Positions 33,322 through 38,426 of a stretch of DNA of 38,426 nt are shown one piece after another; the stretch's first letter is position 1; every line of letters begins with the position of its first letter. Position numbers and translations under genes: made by a program. This DNA comes from a virus. Taxonomy: Duplodnaviria > Caudoviricetes. The stretch covers positions 1 to 38,426 of IMG/VR virus record IMGVR_UViG_3300049137_000136. One strand, given 5' to 3'. The notes under the pieces are model-generated. The model saw nothing but the letters and a program-made list of their open reading frames with translations, was not told the DNA's origin and searched no databases.

Positions 33322-33915
33322 TCAGCGCCTGTCGAGCAGGCCAGTCAGGAAGCCGGCAAATTCCGCTTCCGGAGTGTTGGGGGTTCGGTTGCCGTTGCCC
33401 GAGGAGCCCTGGGTACGGTCCGGCCGCGGCGCCCGCGGCGACGTGTCGGCCGGCTTGCCCAGGTGCGGCTTGCGCTTCAGCAGATCCTTCAGGTCCCGCT
33501 GGATCGCTGCCGTGTCGATGTCGCCCTCGCCGTCGACGTAGGCGGTCAGGTCGAGGAAGGCGTGCGCGTCGTTCGGGTCGGCGAACTCGGCTGCGGCCAG
33601 GGCCCGCACCTCGGCGCGCACCGCGCGCTGCTGCACCGCCTGGGCCCGGTCTTGAGCCGCGCGGAGCTGCTCGGCGAGCCGCTCCTGCTCGGTCTTCTGC
33701 GCGTCCTCCAGCTCCCGCGCCTTCCGGGCGAGGGGCTCGAGTTCGCCGGCTTTCGTGCGGTACTTGGCCGCCTCCCGGCGCAACCGCTCGATCTCCTTGC
33801 GCGCGGCGTCGGGGTCGGCCCACGGATCCGCCTTCGCCTGCTCCGCCCCCGGGACGGCCTCCGGCTGCTGCGTCTCCGTCGCGACCTGCTCGGTCGTCTC
33901 CTCGTTCTCGGGCAT
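33322..33915 (-). CDS. Scaffolding protein
   Basis: Acidic N-terminus, coiled coil 'EIERLRREAAKYR...KTEQERL', 'P.PDRTQG'; GGAGG RBS. Confidence 0.85.
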   Translation of the reverse strand: MPENEETTEQVATETQQPEAVPGAEQAKADPWADPDAARKEIERLRREAAKYRTKAGELEPLARKARELEDAQKTEQERLAEQLRAAQDRAQAVQQRAVRAEVRALAAAEFADPNDAHAFLDLTAYVDGEGDIDTAAIQRDLKDLLKRKPHLGKPADTSPRAPRPDRTQGSSGNGNRTPNTPEAEFAGFLTGLLDRR

Positions 33916-33924
33916 GGTGAAGTC

Positions 33925-33963
33925 GCCCTCCAGGGGCTGAGAAGGGCCGCCACCAGGACGGCC
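33925..33963 (-). promoter_or_regulatory. Two CUGGN-loop hairpins in the scaffold leader
   Basis: Minus strand GGCCGTC-CTGGT-GGCGGCC and GCCC-CTGGA-GGGC; the latter contains the SD. Confidence 0.55.
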
Positions 33964-33974
33964 AAGGGGTTCGG

Positions 33975-34748
33975 TCAGTGCGAGCCCGGCAGCGGGTTGC
34001 TGTCGTGCTCGGCGAGAGCCCGCCTGAACAGGCGGAGCTGATCGCCAGAGTGGCCCTGCGCGTACTCGCGGTAGATCCGCTCCCACTCGCGGGCCTGCGG
34101 AGACAGCTCGAACCGCTGCCCCCGAAACACCGGGATCACGCCGCAGTGACAGCCGTCATGCGCCCGGAAATCAGCTGTGTCCTGGGCATACACCGCGCCG
34201 CGGGTCGCCAGCATCTTGCAGAAGGCGCACGCGCCGAGGGCCGCCGACCGCGCCCACGCCGTGGCCTGCCGGTCCTGCCGCACCGCCTCCCGGACAGTGC
34301 CGCGACCCGTGTCCGCCACCAGCTTCTGCGCCACCAGCTCGGCCTTCTTCTCCGCCTGCACCAGACGGACCTCCATCGGCTGCAACTGGGCCGGGGTAGC
34401 CACCTCCGGCGCGCGCGGCCACAAGTCCTTGACCGCCCACCGCAGCGACGCCTCCGTCTGCTGCTCGGGAGGCGGATCCGCCAGCGGCACCGTGAACGCC
34501 CCCGGAACACCGGCGGCCTCCCGCTGCCCCTCGTAGAAGTCCGCCGCCAAAGCCGCCGACACCCGCGCGTACTGGGCAACCACCGCGTTCATCGCCGCCA
34601 GCCAGTCCGGCACCGACTCGCGCAGCCTCTGCGGCAGGATCAGCCGCCTCAAGCCCCGCACATCCCGCACCAGCAGCCTGGTGAGGCCGACCTGCGCGGC
34701 CCGGAAGCGATCGGCCTCACCGCCGTTATCCGAGACCGTCGTCGCCAC
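33975..34748 (-). CDS. MuF/VG15-like head morphogenesis protein
   Basis: 'WAR....ACAFCKMLATRG.VY...AHDGCHCGVIP'; between portal and scaffold. Confidence 0.8.
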   Translation of the reverse strand: MATTVSDNGGEADRFRAAQVGLTRLLVRDVRGLRRLILPQRLRESVPDWLAAMNAVVAQYARVSAALAADFYEGQREAAGVPGAFTVPLADPPPEQQTEASLRWAVKDLWPRAPEVATPAQLQPMEVRLVQAEKKAELVAQKLVADTGRGTVREAVRQDRQATAWARSAALGACAFCKMLATRGAVYAQDTADFRAHDGCHCGVIPVFRGQRFELSPQAREWERIYREYAQGHSGDQLRLFRRALAEHDSNPLPGSH

Positions 34749-36156
34749 CGGTCACCTCCGCAGACGGCGGAAGCGGCGTGCCGCCGTCGGCGAGCTGCGC
34801 CAGCCGCTCCATGAGCTGGCCGCCCGCTGCGGCACCGGCGCTGCGGCGCCGCTCCGCCGCGACCCGGCGCCGCTGGTCCTCGTTCAGCCCGGCCATCTCC
34901 AGCACCACGTCGCCGTCCGCCGGCAAGATGCCCGCCTGGACCATCTTGACCGCGGCGTCCGTCTGCGCGGCGATCGTCGGCGTCGCCGGATTCCGCCACA
35001 CGCACTCGATCCGGCGCTCCTTCGGCGGCGGCTCCCCGTCCCGGAACCAGAGCGCCAACCGCATGTAGTCGCGGTGCGTCGCGCTGAACCGCCTGATGCG
35101 GCGCTCCGCCTTCTTCACCAGCGCGCCCTCGGCCGAGCGGATCGCGTCCGCCGAGGCCGGGTTGTCGCTGGTGTAGCCGAGCATGTGCGGCGGCACCGAA
35201 ATCTGCGAGGACATGATCCGGGCGTACAGGTCGATGATCTTCGTCATGCCGGACGGGTCATGAGCCGCGAACTGACCCACCGTCGGCACGTTGCCGTCCT
35301 CGTCCCGCTCCAGCCCCAGCACCCGGCCGATGTACGTCGACCACGCGTCCAGCGGATTGCCCTCCGCGTCTTGGAAGGCCGACTCCGAGGCGCCGAGGAT
35401 GTACCGCTGCGGCGCCCCGAAGAACTCCGCCGCCACCTCGATGCCCATCAGCCTGCGGCACGCCGCATCCGTGATCGACATGACCTCGGGCGTGATCTCC
35501 GACCGGCCCACCCGGTCCGCGGTCCGCTGCCGGTTCGCCATCCTGACGACCGGAACGACGCCCAGGTTGTGCAGGTCCCGGTCGTAGACCTCCCAGCCCG
35601 CGCCTGCTTGCACCGCATACACGGTCTGGTCCGGCAGGTAGAGCGTCGCCAGCTGCGCCCCGTCCTCCGCCGACAGCCGCAGGGCCGCCTTCGCAACCCG
35701 CAGCCGCGCGTCCCAGGAGATCGTCATGTCCAGCGGCGACTCGAACGTGATCAGCGGAAGATCCGCCTCGCCAGAGCCCACAGTCACGTACTCGCGGCCA
35801 TACGTCAGCGCGTCCAGATGCGCCAGACTCGCCTCGTCGAACAGGTCGTTCGCCTCGGCGATCTCCTCCAGATCGCTGGCGTCGGCCCCGTCCGCCCAGC
35901 GGAACGCCTCCAGGTCCAGGCGCTGCTCCAGAGCCTCCACACCGATCCGCGGCCAGCCGATCACCGTGTGCAGGCCCTTCAACTGCGGCGGGATGCTGAT
36001 GCCGAGATCCCGGATCAGCTGCTCACCGTTGAAGTAGGCGTCCAGCAGCTCCAGCCTCGTCCGGCAGCCCAGCAGATCCGTCCGCAGAGCCCCCAGCAGA
36101 TCCAGCTCATCCGGCGACAACGTCAGAAGCGGCAGCTCGGGGATGGTCACGCTCAT
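34726..36156 (-). CDS. Portal protein (SPP1 gp6-like)
   Basis: 'YFNGEQ', 'GWPRI.VEALEQRL', 'HNLGVVPVV', 'GRSEI', 'NPASADAI'. Confidence 0.92.
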   Translation of the reverse strand: MSVTIPELPLLTLSPDELDLLGALRTDLLGCRTRLELLDAYFNGEQLIRDLGISIPPQLKGLHTVIGWPRIGVEALEQRLDLEAFRWADGADASDLEEIAEANDLFDEASLAHLDALTYGREYVTVGSGEADLPLITFESPLDMTISWDARLRVAKAALRLSAEDGAQLATLYLPDQTVYAVQAGAGWEVYDRDLHNLGVVPVVRMANRQRTADRVGRSEITPEVMSITDAACRRLMGIEVAAEFFGAPQRYILGASESAFQDAEGNPLDAWSTYIGRVLGLERDEDGNVPTVGQFAAHDPSGMTKIIDLYARIMSSQISVPPHMLGYTSDNPASADAIRSAEGALVKKAERRIRRFSATHRDYMRLALWFRDGEPPPKERRIECVWRNPATPTIAAQTDAAVKMVQAGILPADGDVVLEMAGLNEDQRRRVAAERRRSAGAAAGGQLMERLAQLADGGTPLPPSAEVTGGDDGLG

Positions 36157-37880
36157 CGGAGAACCACCACCCTTCCCTTACCGGGCCGGCCACGCTTCGA
36201 CCACGCCGTCGAGTTCAGCATCATCCGCCGGAGCATCCGCGCCCCGACCGCGCACACCGCAAGGTCGATCTTCCGAGCGGACTCGCGGTGCTCCTTGCCG
36301 ATCGTGTAGCCCCACTGGTTCGTGCGGCGCCGGGCATTCGCCACGTGCTGACGCAGCACCCGGTGCCCATCGTGGGTCAGCTGTCGCTCCAGCACGTCCC
36401 GGTAGAAGCGGTCGACGGCTTCGGTGAACGCCTGCTGGCGACGCCGGTCACGCATGTCCCACAGCACCGCATGCCGGTTCGTGCCGCCCGTCACCGCCTT
36501 CAGCTTCAACCGCTTGCCGTACCGCTGGGCCCAGGCATCGATGTAGCCGTCCCAATAGCGCTCGCCGTCCGCGTCGTCGTGGCCGGCACCCGGGTCCGCG
36601 AAGAACGCGATCGGGCGGTAGTCGGCGAAGATCTGATCCACCGCCCCGTCGACCTCCTCGCGCGGCACCCGCCACGGCACATCCTGCGGCCAGTTCGCCG
36701 GCCGCTGCCATACCCCGAGCGCTGTCACGAAACCGTCCGACATGCGGCACGCCACCAGCCCTGTCGCGTCATCCGACTTGGAACCGTCGAAGAACAAGAC
36801 GATCTCGTCGCCCTGCTGCAGCCCGGCGCCCTCGAGGCGGCACGCGTCCCACTCATACGGGGCGAGGAACGCATCCTCCGCGGCCACGATTTGGTTGAAC
36901 CAGAACCGGCGAGATCGGGACGGCGGATTGCGGACGTCGAGAATCGACGCCTTCAGCCGCTCGATGTCCAGCCACACCGAATCCCCGCGGACCGCTCGCA
37001 GCGTCGGCTCGATCCACTCCTCGGTCAACTTCGCCTCAGCCGGAGCCTCCAGCGAGTCGTAGAACAGCCCCGTGTCCGCCGCCCGGCCCGCCTGTGCCGA
37101 CTCGAACGCCTCCCGGGTGCGCTCCGCCACCGAGTCCTCACCCGGCTCGTAGGCGTTCGTGTTCGCCAACGTCCTCGACTGGCCGTCCGCCGACTTCGTG
37201 GCGTTGCGCTCGATCACCGCCGCCATTTCGTGGCCCTGGTTCGACTCCACCCAGTGGTGCGTCTCCCCCAGCGACACGAACGTCGGCCGACCGCCCTCCA
37301 GCGCCCGCGGAGACGAGGTCACCGCCTCGATCCGAGCCCGTCCCCTGTCCGCGTAGATGATCTCCTTGCCGAGGTCGATGCGGTACTCCTCGATCGCCCG
37401 CTTCGTCAGGATCGACGGGAACAACGTCATCGTGTTCCGCGTCTGATCCTGCGACACCGCAGCGATCTGCACCCACGCCGCCGGATGCTGCACCCCCAGC
37501 GGCTGCCCCGCCGGAACTCCCCATTCGTTTCCCTCGTCCGCGATCCCGCCGAACCGACACGGACCGACGAACTCGAACGCCGCCCACGTCGCGATCAGCG
37601 GGTCCTTGCCCCAGCCCTTCAGTCGCTGTATCACGCCGTCCCGCCACAGGAACCGGTTCGTCGCCGGATCCATCGCGTACCACCACAGCGTCAGCCGGGC
37701 CTGCTCCGCCGTATACCGCCACGGCGCACCCACGTAGTGCTGCAAGTACGTCGCCGTCCACGCCAGCGCATGCCAGCCCAGCGTGAACTCCGGCAGCACA
37801 AACTTCCCGTTGGGACCGCGCTTCCACGTCGGCCCGATCGTGAACGGCTCAACGACCTCCGGGACCGCCTCGTCAGCCAC
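36153..37880 (-). CDS. terL: Terminase large subunit
   Basis: Walker A-like 'RLKGWGKD', 'ETHHW', nuclease 'FDGSKSDDATGL' and 'KIDLAV'; start is GTG 37880 or ATG 37901. Confidence 0.93.
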   Translation of the reverse strand: MADEAVPEVVEPFTIGPTWKRGPNGKFVLPEFTLGWHALAWTATYLQHYVGAPWRYTAEQARLTLWWYAMDPATNRFLWRDGVIQRLKGWGKDPLIATWAAFEFVGPCRFGGIADEGNEWGVPAGQPLGVQHPAAWVQIAAVSQDQTRNTMTLFPSILTKRAIEEYRIDLGKEIIYADRGRARIEAVTSSPRALEGGRPTFVSLGETHHWVESNQGHEMAAVIERNATKSADGQSRTLANTNAYEPGEDSVAERTREAFESAQAGRAADTGLFYDSLEAPAEAKLTEEWIEPTLRAVRGDSVWLDIERLKASILDVRNPPSRSRRFWFNQIVAAEDAFLAPYEWDACRLEGAGLQQGDEIVLFFDGSKSDDATGLVACRMSDGFVTALGVWQRPANWPQDVPWRVPREEVDGAVDQIFADYRPIAFFADPGAGHDDADGERYWDGYIDAWAQRYGKRLKLKAVTGGTNRHAVLWDMRDRRRQQAFTEAVDRFYRDVLERQLTHDGHRVLRQHVANARRRTNQWGYTIGKEHRESARKIDLAVCAVGARMLRRMMLNSTAWSKRGRPGKGRVVVLR

Positions 37881-38310
37881 CCGCGAGGTCACGGTAGGCA
37901 TCCAACGGCTTCACCGACGCCAACTGCGGGCCAGCCGGCTTCCTCTCCAGCTCGATGCGCGCGCGGCGCCGATCCCCCTCGGTAGTGAGCAGGCGGGCCA
38001 TCACGCTGTCCAGCGCCGAGACGTACTGGCCGTTCGGCGGCCGGTCCGAGGACAGGCCCCGGGACATCAACTCCGCCGCGTAGCGGGCCATCGCCCAGTC
38101 CGACGGCTGGTAGAAGACGGCCTGCCCCGACTCCTGCAGCGACAGGTACCAGTCGGTTGCGATCGGATGCCACAACGGATCCGGGTCCGGGAGATCCGGC
38201 AGATCAGCCGGCGGCCCCGACGGAGCCTTGGTGATCGCGTCCTTCTCGTCCTTGGAGCGATGCCCCATGCGCTCCTCGGAGCGCTTACCGATAGGTCCAC
38301 GTGCACCCAT
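37873..38310 (-). CDS. terS: Terminase small subunit
   Basis: 'MGARGPIGKRSEER', 'WHPIA..WY.SL..SGQ..FY..SDW', 'TEGDRRR.RIEL'; GGAGG RBS. Confidence 0.88.
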   Translation of the reverse strand: MGARGPIGKRSEERMGHRSKDEKDAITKAPSGPPADLPDLPDPDPLWHPIATDWYLSLQESGQAVFYQPSDWAMARYAAELMSRGLSSDRPPNGQYVSALDSVMARLLTTEGDRRRARIELERKPAGPQLASVKPLDAYRDLAGG

Positions 38311-38313
38311 AGC

Positions 38314-38394
38314 GACCTCCAGGGTCTCGGTGCGGATGGCCCGCCGCCAGGGCGCGGCCATGATCACGAAGTCGGCACGCCTCCAGGGCGGCCG
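38314..38394 (-). promoter_or_regulatory. Three CUGGN-loop hairpins in the small terminase leader
   Basis: Minus strand CGCC-CTGGA-GGCG, CGCC-CTGGC-GGCG and GACC-CTGGA-GGTC; the last contains the SD. Confidence 0.55.
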
Positions 38395-38426
38395 GCCGCC
38401 CTAGGAAACCCGGGCGGATTCTCAGG

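Larger units (their letters stand above)
1..38426 (-). mobile_element. Temperate siphophage genome segment (Streptomyces-like), in virion or circular gene order with an internal intact attP
   Basis: Complete head-neck-tail-lysis gene order on the minus strand, then integrase, divergent repressor/Cro and early recombination genes. No host housekeeping gene recognised. Confidence 0.95.

Noticed and set aside
87-37985. Many long opposite-strand or off-frame ORFs (e.g. 87-1340, 12382-13905, 21407-23536, 34681-36309, 36288-37985)
   Set aside because: Shadow ORFs expected in high-GC DNA: low-complexity translations overlapping genes with clear motifs
38395-38426. cos or pac site at the window edge
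   Set aside because: Plausible position upstream of terS, but nothing in the sequence identifies it; read-end data are needed

Overview
The whole window is one high-GC temperate siphophage of Streptomyces type, shown in reverse orientation. Read right to left on the minus strand, the order is: terminase (small, large), portal, MuF/VG15-like head protein, scaffold, major capsid, a GT4 glycosyltransferase, neck and tail genes (with a -1 frameshifted tail chaperone and a 1445-aa tape measure), a lysis cassette, a ~7.5-kb accessory island, an intact attP with a tyrosine integrase, the repressor/Cro switch, and an early operon (Xis-like protein, RecE-like exonuclease, HNH-AP2 endonuclease, Sak4-like ATPase). 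Because attP is intact and internal, this looks like the virion or circular gene order rather than a simple integrated prophage. Five signals stand out. (1) The accessory island looks wired to DNA damage: two PafBC-type TGTCRG-N10-TANNNT promoters, a LexA-box-like site, a LexA DNA-binding-domain-only protein, DUF6233/DUF6221-like genes and a stand-alone Ku. (2) A glycosyltransferase is translationally coupled to the major capsid gene. (3) Five CUGGN-loop hairpins cluster in the terminase and scaffold leaders. (4) A 19-bp motif is shared between attP and the genetic switch. (5) Clusters of C-rich-loop hairpins resemble 6C-type sRNAs. All product calls come from reading motifs and synteny by eye; no database search was run.
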